DNA from: Eledone cirrhosa
Taxonomy: Eukaryota
Direction of reading: 5' to 3'
NCBI GenBank assembly: GCA_964016885.1
Contig: OZ024741.1
Coordinates: forward strand, 150,350,001-150,414,000
DNA: 64,000 nucleotides
Within the stretch, counting starts at the first letter, position 1. Every line of letters starts with the position of its first letter. A program made the position numbers and the translations under genes. The notes beneath the pieces were generated by a model. The model was not told where the DNA came from. It worked only from the letters and a program-made list of their open reading frames with translations, and did not search any database. This document shows, in pieces, positions 42,424 through 57,500 of this stretch.

Positions 42424-42788
42424 AATATATAAGATCAAAAGATGGTTAAAGGAGTTCCATGTATTTTATTATGCGCATTTCAAAAACAAACATCATCATG
42501 CAATAATTGTTTCTACTTTAGGCACAAGGCCAGCAATTACCAGTGCATTACTGGTACTTTATTTTATCGACCCCGTAAGGATGAAAGGCAAAGTCAACCT
42601 CGGCGGGATTTGAACTCAGATGGTAAAGGGACGTAACTATGCTGGAAAGCATGGCGTCCGACCCTCTACCGATGCAAATATATATCTGATGAAAACACAA
42701 ATATTATTGCATGATGATGTTTGTTTTTGAAATGCGCATAATAAAATACATGGAACTCCTTTAACCATCTTTTGATCTTATATATTAT
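42424..42788. repeat. ~85-bp perfect inverted repeat enclosing a minus-strand SINE (42502-42675)
   Basis: ATATATAAGATCAAAAGATGG...CATCATGCAATAAT pairs with ATTATTGCATGATG...CCATCTTTTGATCTTATATAT. Confidence 0.88.
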
Positions 42789-42817
42789 ATATATATATAT
42801 ATATTACATATATACAA

Positions 42818-42853
<36 letters not shown>

Positions 42854-43031
42854 GTTTACATATATATATATAAACATAGACAGGGGGTGATTGAAACGTC
42901 GTACCATAATCTAAAAATTGAATGATTGATTTTATTTACTTATGAAATGAAATTAGTACAATAATGAATAATAATTTTTCGAATGGGAACGCGACTTTTA
43001 CACCACACTGTGTGTGTGTGTGTGTGTGTTC

Positions 43032-43126
<95 letters not shown>

Positions 43127-43160
43127 CATAAAACACACACATACAGTCTCTCACAAACAC

Positions 43161-43202
<42 letters not shown>

Positions 43203-43463
43203 GTTATCACATACATAAAATTAAATTAAATTAAATCAAGGATACATATATGTGTTGCAACTGTTCACTTTTAAGCTCAATGAAGAATTAATAAATTAAA
43301 ATCAAAAAATCAGAGCATTATATTATTTGTCGGAGATTTCCCCGTTAGAAAATTTATTCTTAAAGCTTGCTAGATTTGATTATGTATATGGTTAATTATG
43401 CTGATTAGAAGTAGAAATAGTATATATTTTAATATCTGATTGATTCTATAGACATGAGTTATG

Positions 43464-43495
<32 letters not shown>

Positions 43496-43502
43496 TTACC
43501 CA

Positions 43503-43540
<38 letters not shown>

Positions 43541-43583
43541 GTAAGATATGTGGTCGTCCCAACGTAAGTGACTATAATAATAA

Positions 43584-43795
43584 TAATAGTTTTTGTTTTA
43601 GGCACAAGGCCAACAATTTGGGGGGGAGGGGAAAATCGATTAAATAGAAACCAGTGCATTACTGGTACTTTATTTTATCGACTCCATAAGGATGAAAGGT
43701 GAAGTTAACCTCGGCGGGATTTGAACTTCGAAAGTAAGGGCCGTAACTCTATGTCGCGAAGAATGTTGTCCGACGCTCTACCGATACTGCCAATC
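43584..43795 (-). mobile_element. tRNA-derived SINE
   Basis: Reverse complement of the family consensus. Confidence 0.8.
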
Positions 43796-44065
43796 CTAAT
43801 AACAATAATAATTTCTTTAATCGATCACTGTAAATAATGATTGAGAAAATCGGGTAAAGTACCCCTGGAGATGGAAAAAAGTGGCCAGACAAGAAGTGTT
43901 ATTTGACAAGCACAAACTTTCTTGACTCCAGAAGGGTTAACGTTAAAATCTTCATTGGGTGGATTTGAACCGAAAACGCAATGAGCCAAACCCGTAAATC
44001 TGTCCAGCTATCTTCCAAAAATTCAAATTCACTGCCTCATTTAACCTCACATGTGTATGGTGCTA

Positions 44066-44158
<93 letters not shown>

Positions 44159-44170
44159 TATTAGTAGTAT
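44066..44170. repeat. (TAG)n(CAG)n microsatellite
   Basis: Read directly from the sequence. Confidence 0.95.
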
Positions 44171-44523
44171 CTTGGCCCCAGCTCAGCCTTGACAGAGTAG
44201 TCTTACGATCACAGTTATTCCAGGTATGACCATCTCGTCTTAATATTTATTCAGGACTGCTTATTTCTAGCTTCTATTTCTAGCAAGGCAAGTCGAATGA
44301 CCACCTAGAAGTACTTTTGTTGGTTTCTGAAGTTTATATGTATATATTCATCATCATCATCACCATTGGCCCATAACTCCTGATGGAGTCGTAGGGTCAC
44401 TTTGTGACATATGACGTGTCTTGTACATTTAAACCACGTCTGAATACAACTGATTTATTACAGAGAAAGGTAGAGAGAGAAAATGTAAGATAGAAGAAAT
44501 GAGAAAGAGATATATAAAAAGAA

Positions 44524-45170
44524 TCGATCGACCCCAGAACCCGACTGGTACATTCTTTTATTGACTTCAAAAGGAGAAAATACAAAATTTTATTGGTACA
44601 TTTTATTGACTTCAAAAGGATGAAATTCTAAGTTGACACCGTCGTGATTTGAACTTAGACCACAGAGAAACGGGAATACCGCAAAGAAGTCATAACAATA
44701 TTGCCAAATCGCCACCGTTGTATTTATTGCTAATCCCAAATAAAAATGTCTAATTTAGGCACAAGGCCAACAATGTGTAGAGAGGGGAAGGCGATGATAT
44801 TGACACCAGTACGTGACTGGTACTTTATTTCATCGATAACGGAAAGATGAAAGGTAAAGTTGACCTCAATTAGATTTGAACTCAGAGCAAAAAGGAGGCT
44901 GTAACTAAATGTTGCTAAGCATTTGTCGAACGCTGTAAAACTCTGCCAATCCACCTCCCTCAAATGATTTCTAATTTTGGCTCAAGATCAGCAATGTAGG
45001 GAAAGGGAAAGTCGATTTTATCGACCCTAATACTTAACTGATATTTTTTTACCGACCACAAAAGGATAAAAAGCAAAGTTGACATTGGCGTGATTTGAAC
45101 TTAGAGCGCAGAAACGAATAATGCAACGTATTCTATCCAACGTGATAAAGATTCTTCCTATTCACTGCTT
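44524..45170 (-). mobile_element. Three older, diverged SINE copies in tandem
   Basis: CTGGTAC..TTTAT.GAC...AAGGATGAAA...AAGTTGAC...GATTTGAACT-like sequence at ~44550, ~44820 and ~45040. Confidence 0.7.
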
Positions 45171-45596
45171 ATATATATATATTGATAATACCATGTAATA
45201 ATTATGTAAAAACCTCAAGGGAAAGTTACAGTGCATTGTGGAGAAGTGTGAGGATAATGAGACAACAGAGATTATAGCCACAGAGCAGATACACACCGTT
45301 GTAATGAAAATGATGCTCCTTAAGAGTAAGAGATGTACCATGTATTATTCACCATTATTAGATACATTAGAGAAAACCAATTCAATGATAATACAATAGC
45401 AGATATCAGATAGAGGCTATAATAAGTAAATATGACGCAGGCGGTTTACATCTCTATATCCCTCCCTCGCCTCTTCCCATTTATCCATCCATCCACACAT
45501 ACATACATTCATACCTACACAAACACAGACATATATATGTATATATTTACACACATACATGCATACATACATACATAGATACATATTGGATCACTA

Positions 45597-48500
45597 TATT
45601 AACACTATAACTTCTGTTCAACTATCGTTATCAGGCAGCCATGCTGGAGGGAAGACATTAACACTATATCTTCTGTTCTGCTGTTGCTAGACTACGGCCA
45701 TGCTGGAGAGAAGACATTAACACTATATCTTCTGTTCTGCTGTTGCTAGACTACGGCCATGCTGGAGAGAAGACATTAACACTATATCTTCTGTTTTACT
45801 GTTGCTAGACTACGGCCATGCTGGAGGGAAGACATTAACACTATATCTTCTGTTTTACTGTTGCTAGACTACGGCCATGCTGGAGGGAAGACATTAACAC
45901 TATATCTTCTGTTTTACTGTTGCTAGACTACGGCCATGCTGGAGGGAAGACATTAACACTATATCTTCTGTTTTACTGTTGCTAGACTACGGCCATGCTG
46001 GAGGGAAGACATTAACACTATATCTTCTGTTTTACTGTTGCTAGACTACGGCCATGCTGGAGGGAAGACATTAACACTATATCTTCTGTTTTACTGTTGC
46101 TAGACTACGGCCATGCTGGAGAGAAGACACTAACACTATATCTTCTGTTCTGCTGTTGGTAGACTACGGCCATGCTGGAGGGAGGATATTAACACTATAT
46201 CTTCTGTTCTGCTGTTGCTAGGCTACGGCCATGCTGGAGGGAGGATATTAACACTATATCTTCTGTTCTGCTGTTGCTAGACTACGGCCATGCTGGAGGG
46301 AGGATATTAACACTATATCTTCTGTTCTGCTGTTGCTAGACTACGGCCATGCTGGAGGGAGGATATTAACACTATATCTTCTGTTCTGCTGTTGCTAGAC
46401 TACGGCCATGCTGGAGGGAGGATATTAACACTATATCTTCTGTTCTGCTGTTGCTAGACTACGGCCATGCTGGAGGGAGGATATTAACACTATATCTTCT
46501 GTTCTGCTGTTGCTAGACTACGGCCATGCTGGAGGGAAGACATTAACACTATATCTTCTGTTTTGCTGTTGTTAGACTACGGCCATGCTGGAGGGAAGTC
46601 ATTAACACTATATCTTCTGTTTTGCTGGTGCTAGACTACGGCCATGCTGGAGGGAAGACATTAACACTATATCTTCTGTTTTGCTGTTGGTAGACTACGG
46701 CCATGCTGGAGGGAAGACATTAACACTATATCTTCTACTTTGCTGGTGCTAGACTACGGCCATGCTGGAGGGAAGACATTAACACTATATCTTCTGTTCT
46801 GCTGTTGATAGACTACGGCCATGCTGGAGGGAACACATTAACACTATATCTTCTGTTCTGCTGTTGGTAGACTACGGCCATGCTGGAGGGAAGACATTAA
46901 CACTATATCTTCTGTTTTGCTGTTGGTAGACTACGGCCATGCTGGAGGGAAGACATTAACACTATATCTTCTGTTTTGCTGTTGGTAGACTACGGCCATG
47001 CTGGAGGGAGGATATTAACACTATATCTTCTGTTCTGCTGTTGCTAGGCTACGGCCATGCTGGAGGGAGGATATTAACACTATATCTTCTGTTCTGCTGT
47101 TGCTAGACTACGGCCATGCTGGAGGGAGGATATTAACACTATATCTTCTGTTCTGCTGTTGCTAGACTACGGCCACGCTGGAGGGAGGATATTAACACTA
47201 TATCTTCTGTTCTGCTGTTGCTAGACTACGGCCATGCTGGAGGGAGGATATTAACACTATATCTTCTGTTCTGCTGTTGCTAGACTACGGCCATGCTGGA
47301 GGGAGGATATTAACACTATATCTTCTGTTCTGCTGTTGCTAGACTACGGCCATGCTGGAGGGAAGACATTAACACTATATCTTCTGTTTTGCTGTTGTTA
47401 GACTACGGCCATGCTGGAGGGAAGTCATTAACACTATATCTTCTGTTTTGCTGGTGCTAGACTACGGCCATGCTGGAGGGAAGACATTAACACTATATCT
47501 TCTGTTTTGCTGTTGGTAGACTACGGCCATGCTGGAGGGAAGACATTAACACTATATCTTCTACTTTGCTGGTGCTAGACTACGGCCATGCTGGAGGGAA
47601 GACATTAACACTATATCTTCTGTTCTGCTGTTGATAGACTACGGCCATGCTGGAGGGAACACATTAACACTATATCTTCTGTTCTGCTGTTGGTAGACTA
47701 CGGCCATGCTGGAGGGAAGACATTAACACTATATCTTCTGTTTTGCTGTTGGTAGACTACGGCCATGCTGGAGGGAAGACATTAACACTATATCTTCTAT
47801 TCTACTGTTGCGAGACTACGGCCATGCTGGAGGGAGGATATTAACACTATATCTTCTGTTTTACTGGTGTTAGACTACGGCCATGCTGGAGGGAAGTCAT
47901 TAACACTATATCTTCTGTTTTGCTGGTGCTAGACTACGGCCATGCTGGAGGGCAGACATTAACACTATATCTTCTGTTCTGCTGTTGCTAGACTACGGCC
48001 ATGCTGGAGGGAAGACATTAACACTATATCTTCTGTTCTGCTGTTGCTAGACAACGGCCATGCTGGAGGGAAGACATTAACACTATATCTTCTGTTTTGC
48101 TGCTGCTAGACTACGCCCATGCTGGAGGGCAGACATTAACACTATATCTTCTGTTCTGCTGTTGGTAGACTACGGCCATGCTGGAGGGAAGACATTAACA
48201 CTATATCTTCTGTTCTGCTGTTGATAGACTACGGCCATGCTGGAGGGAAGACATTAACACTATATCTTCTATTCTACTGTTGCGAGACTACGGCCATGCT
48301 GGAGGGAGGATATTAACACTATATCTTCTGTTTTACTGGTGCTAGACTACGGCCATGCTGGAGGGAGGATATTAACACTATATCTTCTGTTTTGCTGTCG
48401 GTAGACTACGGCCATGCTGGAGGGAAGACATTAACACTATATCTTCTGTTCTGCTGTTGGTAGACTACGGCCATGCTGGAGGGAAGACATTAACACTATA

Positions 48501-51500
48501 TCTTCTGTTCTGCTGTTGGTAGACTACGGCCATGCTGGAGGGAGGATATTAACACTATATCTTCTGTTTTGCTGTTGGTAGACTACGGCCATGCTGGAGG
48601 GAAGACATTAACACTATATCTTCTGTTCTGCTGTTGCTAGACTACGGCCATGCTGGAGGGAAGACATTAACACTATATCTTCTGTTTTGCTGGTGCTAGA
48701 CTACGGCCATGCTGGAGGGCAGACATTAACACTATATCATCTGTTCTGCTGTTGGTAGACTACGGCCATGCTGGAGGGAAGACATTAACACTATATCTTC
48801 TGTTTTGCTGTTGGTAGACTACGGCCATGCTGGAGGGAAGACATTAACACTATATCTTCTGTTTTGCTGGTGCTAGACTACGGCCATGCTGGAGGGAAGA
48901 CATTAACACTATATCTTCTGTTCTGCTGTTGATAGACTACGGCCATGCTGGAGGGAAGACATTAACACTATATATTCTGTTCTACTGTTGCTAGACTACG
49001 GCCATGCTGGAGGGAGGATATTAACACTATATCTTCTGTTTTAGTGGTGCTAGACTACGGCCATGCTGGAGGGAGGATATTAACACTATATCTTCTGTTT
49101 TGCTGTTGGTAGACTACGGCCATGCTGGAGGGAAGACATTGACACTATATCTTCTGTTCCGCTGTTGGTAGACTACGGCCATGCTGGAGGGAGGATATTA
49201 ACACTATATCTTCTGTTTTGCTGTTGGTAGACTACGGCCATGCTGGAGGGAAGACATTAACACTATATCTTCTGTTCTGCTGTTGGTAGTCTATGGCCAT
49301 GCTGGAGGGAGGATATTAACACTATATCTTCTGTTTTGCTGTTGGTAGACTACGGCCATGCTGGAGGGAAGACATTAACACTATATCTTCTGTTCTACTG
49401 TTGGTAGACTACGGCCATGCTGGAGGGAGGATATTAACACTATATCTTCTGTTTTGCTGTTGGTAGACTACGGCCATGCTGGAAAGAAGACATTAACACT
49501 ATATCTTCTGTTCTGCTGTTGGTAGACTACGGCCATGCTAGAGGGAGGATATTAACACTATATCTTCTGTTTTACTGGTGCTAGACTACGGCCATGCTGG
49601 ATGGAAGACATTAACACTATATCTTCTGTTCTGCTGTTGCTAGACTACGGCCATGCTGGAGGGAAGACATTAACACTATATCTTCTGTTTTGCTGGTGCT
49701 AGACTACGGCCATGCTGGAGGGAAGACATTAACACTATATCTTCTGTTCTGCTGTTGATAGACTACGGCCATGCTGGAGGGAAGACATTAACACTATATA
49801 TTCTGTTCTACTGTTGCTAGACTACGGCCATGCTGGAGGGAAGACATTAACACTATATCTTCTGTTTTGCTGGTGCTAGACTACGGCCATGCTGGAGGGC
49901 AGACATTAACACTATATCATCTGTTCTGCTGTTGGTAGACTACGGCCATGCTGGAGGGAAGACATTAACACTATATCTTCTGTTTTGCTGTTGGTAGACT
50001 ACGGCCATGCTGGAGGGAAGACATTAACACTATATCTTCTGTTTTGCTGGTGCTAGACTACGGCCATGCTGGAGGGAAGACATTAACACTATATCTTCTG
50101 TTCTGCTGTTGATAGACTACGGCCATGCTGGAGGGAAGACATTAACACTATATATTCTGTTCTACTGTTGCTAGACTACGGCCATGCTGGAGGGAGGATA
50201 TTAACACTATATCTTCTGTTTTAGTGGTGCTAGACTACGGCCATGCTGGAGGGAGGATATTAACACTATATCTTCTGTTTTGCTGTTGGTAGACTACGGC
50301 CATGCTGGAGGGAAGACATTGACACTATATCTTCTGTTCCGCTGTTGGTAGACTACGGCCATGCTGGAGGGAGGATATTAACACTATATCTTCTGTTTTG
50401 CTGTTGGTAGACTACGGCCATGCTGGAGGGAAGACATTAACACTATATCTTCTGTTCTGCTGTTGGTAGTCTATGGCCATGCTGGAGGGAGGATATTAAC
50501 ACTATATCTTCTGTTTTGCTGTTGGTAGACTACGGCCATGCTGGAGGGAAGACATTAACACTATATCTTCTGTTCTACTGTTGGTAGACTACGGCCATGC
50601 TGGAGGGAGGATATTAACACTATATCTTCTGTTTTGCTGTTGGTAGACTACGGCCATGCTGGAAAGAAGACATTAACACTATATCTTCTGTTCTGCTGTT
50701 GGTAGACTACGGCCATGCTAGAGGGAGGATATTAACACTATATCTTCTGTTTTACTGGTGCTAGACTACGGCCATGCTGGATGGAAGACATTAACACTAT
50801 ATCTTCTGTTCTGCTGTTGCTAGACTACGGCCATGCTGGAGGGAAGACATTAACACTATATCTTCTGTTTTGCTGGTGCTAGACTACGGCCATGCTGGAG
50901 GGAAGACATTAACACTATATCTTCTGTTCTGCTGTTGATAGACTACGGCCATGCTGGAGGGAAGACATTAACACTATATATTCTGTTCTACTGTTGCTAG
51001 ACTACGGCCATGCTGGAGGGAGGATATTAACACTATATCTTCTGTTTTAGTGGTGCTAGACTACGGCCATGCTGGAGGGAGGATATTAACACTATATCTT
51101 CTGTTTTGCTGTTGGTAGACTACGGCCATGCTGGAGGGAAGACATTAACACTATATCTTCTGTTCTGCTGTTGGTAGACTACGGCCATGCTGGAGGGAGG
51201 ATATTAACACTATATCTTCTGTTTTGCTGTTGGTAGACTACGGCCATGCTGGAGGGAAGACATTAACACTATATCTTCTGTTCTGCTGTTGGTAGTCTAC
51301 GGCCATGCTGGAGGGAGGATATTAACACTATATCTTCTGTTTTGCTGTTGGTAGACTACGGCCATGCTGGAGGGAAGACATTAACACTATATCTTCTGTT
51401 CTACTGTTGGTAGACTACGGCCATGCTGGAGGGAGGATATTAACACTATATCTTCTGTTTTGCTGTTGGTAGACTACGGCCATGCTGGAAAGAAGACATT

Positions 51501-54500
51501 AACACTATATCTTCTGTTCTGCTGTTGGTAGACTACGGCCATGCTGGAGGGAGGATATTAACACTATATCTTCTGTTTTACTGGTGCTAGACTACGGCCA
51601 TGCTGGATGGAAGACATTAACACTATATCTTCTGTTTTACTGGTGCTAGACTACGGCCATGCTGGAGGGAAGACATTAACACTATATCTTCTGTTCTGCT
51701 GTTGCTAGACTACGGCCATGCTGGAGGGAAGACATTAACACTATATCTTCTGTTCTGCTGTTGATAGACTACGGCCATGCTGGAGGGAAGACATTAACAC
51801 TATATCTTCTGTTCAGCTGTTGCTAGACTACGGCCATGCTGGAGGGAAGACATTAACACTATATCTTCTGTTCTGCTGTTGCTAGACTACGGCCATGCCG
51901 GAGGGAAGACATTAACACTATATCTTCTGTTCTGCTGTTGATAGACTACGGCCATGCTGGAGGGAAGACATTAACACTATATCTTCTGTTTTGCTGTTGC
52001 TAGACTACGGCCATGCTGGAGGGAAGACATTAACACGATATCTTCCGTTTTGCTGTTGCTAGACTACGGCCATGCTGGAGGGCAGACATTAACACTATAT
52101 ATTCTGTTCTGCTGTTGCTAGACTACGGCCATGCTAGAGGGAAGACATTAACACTATATCTTCTGTTTTGCTGGTGCTAGACTACGGCCATGCTGGAGGG
52201 CAGACATTAACACTCTATCTTCTGTTCTGCTGTTGCTAGACTACGGCCATGCTGGAGGGAAGACATTAACACTATATCTTCTGTTCTGCTGTTGCTAGAC
52301 TACGGCCATGCTGGAGGGAAGACATTAACACAATATCTTCTGTTTTGCTGGTGCTAGACTACGGCCATGCTGGAGGGCAGACATTAACACTATATCTTCT
52401 GTTCTGCTGTTGGTAGACTACGGCCATGCTGGAGGGAAGACATTAACACTATATCTTCTGTTCTGCTGTTGGTAGACTACGGCCATGCTGGAGGGAAGAC
52501 ATTAACACTATATCTTCTGTTTTGCTGTTGGTAGACTACGGCCATGCTGGAGGGAAGACATTAACACTATATCTTCTGTTCTGCTGTTGATAGACTACGA
52601 CCATGCTGGAGGGAAGACATTAACACTATATCTTCTGTTCTACTGTTGCTAGACTACGGCCATGCTGGAGGGAGGATATTAACACTATATCTTCTGTTTT
52701 ACTGGTGCTAGACTACGGCCATGCTGGAGGGAGGATATTAACACTATATCTTCTGTTTTGCTGTTGGTAGACTACGGTCATGCTGGAGGGAAGACATTAA
52801 CACTATATCTTCTGTTCTGCTGTTGGTAGACTACGGCCATGCTGGAGGGAGGATATTAACACTATATCTTCTGTTTTGCTGTTGGTAGACAACGGCCATG
52901 CTGGAGGGAAGACATTAACACTATATCTTCTGTTCTGTTGTTGGTAGACTACGGCCATGCTGGAGGGAGGATATTAACACTATATCTTCTGTTTTGCTGT
53001 TGGTACACTACGGCCATGCTGGAGGGAAGACATTAACACTATATCTTCTGTTCTACTGTTGGTAGACTACGGCCATGCTGGAGGGAGGATATTAACACTA
53101 TATCTTCTGTTTTGCCGTTGGTAGACTACGGCCATGCTGGAGGGAAGACATTAACACTATATCTTCTGTTCTGCTGTTGGTAGACTACGGCCATGCTGGA
53201 GGGAGGATATTAACACTATATCTTCTGTTTTGCTGTTGGTAGACTACGGCCATGCTGGAGGGAAGACATTAACACTATATCTTCTGTTCTACTGTTGGTA
53301 GACTACGGCCATGCTGGAGGGAGGATATTAACACTATATCTTCTGTTTTGCTGTTGGTAGACTACGGCCATGCTGGAGGGAAGACATTAACACTATATCT
53401 TCTGTTCTGCTGTTGGTAGACTACGGCCATGCTGGAGGGAGGATATTAACACTATATCTTCTGTTTTACTGGTGCTAGACTACGGCCATGCTGGAGGGAA
53501 GACATTAACACTATATCTTCTGTTCTGCTGTTGGTAGACTACGGCCATGCTGGAGGGAAGACATTAACACTATATCTTCTGTTCTGCTGTTGGTAGACTA
53601 CGGCCATGCTGGAGGGAAGACATTAACACTATATCTTCTGTTCTGCTGTTGGTAGACTACGGCCATGCTGGAGAGAAGACATTAACACTATATCTTCTGT
53701 TCTGCTGTTGCTAGACTACGGCCATGCTGGAGGGAAGACATTAACACTATATCTTCTGTTCTGCTGTTGCTAGACTACGGCCATGCTGGAGGGAAGACAT
53801 TAACACTATATCTTCTGTTCTGCTGTTGTTAGACTACGGCCATGCTGGAGGGAAGACATTAACACTATATCTTCTGTTCTGCTGTTGGTAGACTACGGCC
53901 ATGCTGGAGGGAAGACATTAACACTATATCTTCTGTTCTGCTGTTCGTAGACTACGGCCATGCTGGAGGGAAGACATTAACACTATATCTTCTGTTCTGC
54001 TGTTGGTAGACTACGGCCATGCTGGAGAGAAGACATTAACAATATATCTTCTGTTCTGCTGTTGCTAGACTACGGCCATGCTGGAGGGAAGACATTAACA
54101 CTATATCTTCTGTTCTGCTGTTGCTAGACTACGGCCATGCTGGAGGGAAGACATTAACACTATATCTTCTGTTCTGCTGTTGCTAGACTACGGCCATGCT
54201 GGAGGGCAGACGTTAACACTATATCTCCTGTTCTGCTGTTGCTAGACTACGGCCATGCTGGAGGGCAGACGTTAACACTATATCTTCTGTTCTGCTGTTG
54301 CTAGACTACGGCCATGCTGGAGGGCAGACGTCAACACCATATCTTCTGTTTTGCTGGTGCTAGACTACGGCCATGCTGGAGGGCAGACGTTAACACTATA
54401 TCTTCTGTTCTGCTGTTGCTAGACTACGGCCATGCTGGAGGGAAGACATTAACACTATATCTTCTGTTCTGCTGTTGCTAGACTACGGCCATGCTGGAGG

Positions 54501-57500
54501 GCAGACGTTAACACTATATCTTCTGTTCTGCTGTTGGTAGACTACGGCCATGCTGGAGGGAGGATATTAACACTATATCTTCTGTTTTGCTGTTGGAAGA
54601 CTACGGCCATGCTGGAGGGAAGACATTAACACTATATCTTCTGTTCTGCTGTTGGTAGACTACGGCCATGCTGGAGGGAGGATATTAACACTATATCTTC
54701 TGTTTTACTGGTGCTAGACTACGGCCATGCTGGAGGGAAGACATTAACACTATATCTTCTGTTCTGCTGTTGGTAGACTACGGCCATGCTGGAGGGAAGA
54801 CATTAACACTATATCTTCTGTTCTGCTGTTGGTAGACTACGGCCATGCTGGAGAGAAGACATTAACACTATATCTTCTGTTCTGCTGTTGCTAGACTACG
54901 GCCATGCTGGAAGGAAGACAATAACACTATATCTTCTGTTCTGCTGTTGGTAGACTACAGCCATGCTGGAGGGAGGATATTGACACTATATCTTCTGTTT
55001 TGCTGTTGGTAGATTACGGCCATGCTGGAGGGAAGACATTAACACTATATCTTCTGTTCTTCTGTTGCTAGACTACGGCCATGCTGGAGGGAGGATATTA
55101 ACACTATATCTTCTGTTTTGCTGTTGGTAGACTACGGCCATGCTGGAGGGAAGACATTAACACTATATCTTCTGTTCTGCTGTTGGTAGACTACGGCCAT
55201 GGTGGAGGGAGGATATTAACACTATATCTTCTGTTTTACTGGTGCTAGACTACGGCCATGCTGGAGGTAAGACATTAACACTATATCTTCTGTTCTGCTG
55301 TTGCTAGACTACGGCCATGCTGGAGGGAAGACATTAACACTATATCTTCTGTTCTGCTGTTGGTAGACTACGGCCATGCTGGAGGGAAGACATTAACACT
55401 ATATCTTCTGTTCTGCTGTTGGTAGACTACGGCCATGCTGGAGGGAGGATATTAACACTATATCTTCTGTTTTGCCGTTGGTAGACTACGGCCATGCTGG
55501 AGGGAAGACATTAACACTATATCTTCTGTTCTGCTGTTGGTAGACTACGGCCATGCTGGAGGGAGGATATTAACACTATATCTTCTGTTTTGCTGTTGGT
55601 AGACTACGGCCATGCTGGAGGGAAGACATTAACACTATATCTTCTGTTCTACTGTTGGTAGACTACGGCCATGCTGGAGGGAGGATATTAACACTATATC
55701 TTCTGTTTTGCTGTTGGTAGACTACGGCCATGCTGGAGGGAAGACATTAACACTATATCTTCTGTTCTGCTGTTGGTAGACTACGGCCATGCTGGAGGGA
55801 GGATATTAACACTATATCTTCTGTTTTACTGGTGCTAGACTACGGCCATGCTGGAGGGAAGACATTAACACTATATCTTCTGTTCTGCTGTTGGTAGACT
55901 ACGGCCATGCTGGAGGGAAGACATTAACACTATATCTTCTGTTCTGCTGTTGGTAGACTACGGCCATGCTGGAGAGAAGACATTAACACTATATCTTCTG
56001 TTCTGCTGTTGTTAGACTACGGCCATGCTGGAGGGAAGACATTAACACTATATCTTCTGTTCTGCTGTTGCTAGACTACGGCCATGCTGGAGGGAAGACA
56101 TTAACACTATATCTTCTGTTCTGCTGTTGTTAGACTACGGCCATGCTGGAGGGAAGACATTAACACTATATCTTCTGTTCTGCTGTTGGTAGACTACGGC
56201 CATGCTGGAGGGAAGACATTAACACTATATCTTCTGTTCTGCTGTTCGTAGACTACGGCCATGCTGGAGGGAAGACATTAACACTATATCTTCTGTTCTG
56301 CTGTTGGTAGACTACGGCCATGCTGGAGGGAGGTTATTAACACTATATCTTCTGTTTTACTGGTGCTAGACTACGGCCATGCTGGAGGGAAGACATTAAC
56401 ACTATATCTTCTGTTCTGCTGTTGATAGACTATGGCCATGCTGGAGGGAAGACATTAACACCATATCTTCTGTTCTGCTGTTGCTAGCCTACGGCCATGC
56501 TGGAGGGAAGACATTAACACTATATCTTCTGTTCTGCTGTTGCTAGACTACGGCCATGCTGGAGGGAAAACATTAACACTATATCTTCTGTTCTGCTGTT
56601 GCTAGACTACGGCCATGCTGGAGGGAAGACATTAACACTATATCTTCTGTGCTGCTGTTGGTAGACTACCTCCATGCTGGAGGGAAGACATTAACACTAT
56701 ATCTTCTGTTCTGCTGTTGGTAGACTACGGCCATGCTGGAGGGTAGACATTAACACTATATCTTCTGTTCTGCTGTTGCTAGACTACGGCCATGCTGGAG
56801 GGCAGACGTTAACACTATATCGTCTGTTCTGCTGTTGCTAGACTACGGCCATGCTGGAGGGCAGAGGTTAACACTATATCTTCTGTTCTGCTGTTGCTAG
56901 ACTACGGCCATGCTGGAGGGCAGACGTTAACACTATATCTTCTGTTCTGCTGTTGCTAGACTACGGCCATGCTGGAGGGCAGACGTTAACACTATATCTT
57001 CTGTTCTGCTGGTGCTAGACTACGGCCATGCTGGAGGGCAGACATTAACACTATATCTTCTGTTCTGCTGGTGCTAGACTACGGCCATGCTGGAGGGAAG
57101 ACATTAACACTATATCTTCTGTTCTGCTGTTGGTAGACTACGGCCATGCTGGAGGGAAGACATTAACACTATATCTTCTGTTCTGCTGTTGCTAGATTAC
57201 GGCCATGCTGGAGGGAAGACATTAACACTATATCTTCTGTTTTGCTGGTGCTAGACTACGGCCATGCTGGAGGGAAGACATTAACACTATATCTTCTGTT
57301 CTGCTGTTGCTAGACTACGGCCATGCTGGAGGGAAGACATTAACACTATATCTTCTGTTCTGCTGTTGATAGACTACGGCCATGCTGGAGGGAAGACATT
57401 AACACTATATCTTCTGTTCTGCTGTTGGTAGACTACGGCCATGCTGGAGGGAAGACATTAACACTATATCTTCTGTTCTGCTGTTGATAGACTACGGCCA

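Noticed and set aside
45690-45705. 5S rRNA gene array (CTACGGCCAT resembles the 5S 5' end)
   Set aside because: The match is only ~10 nt, the unit is 59 bp, and the internal A/C boxes are absent.
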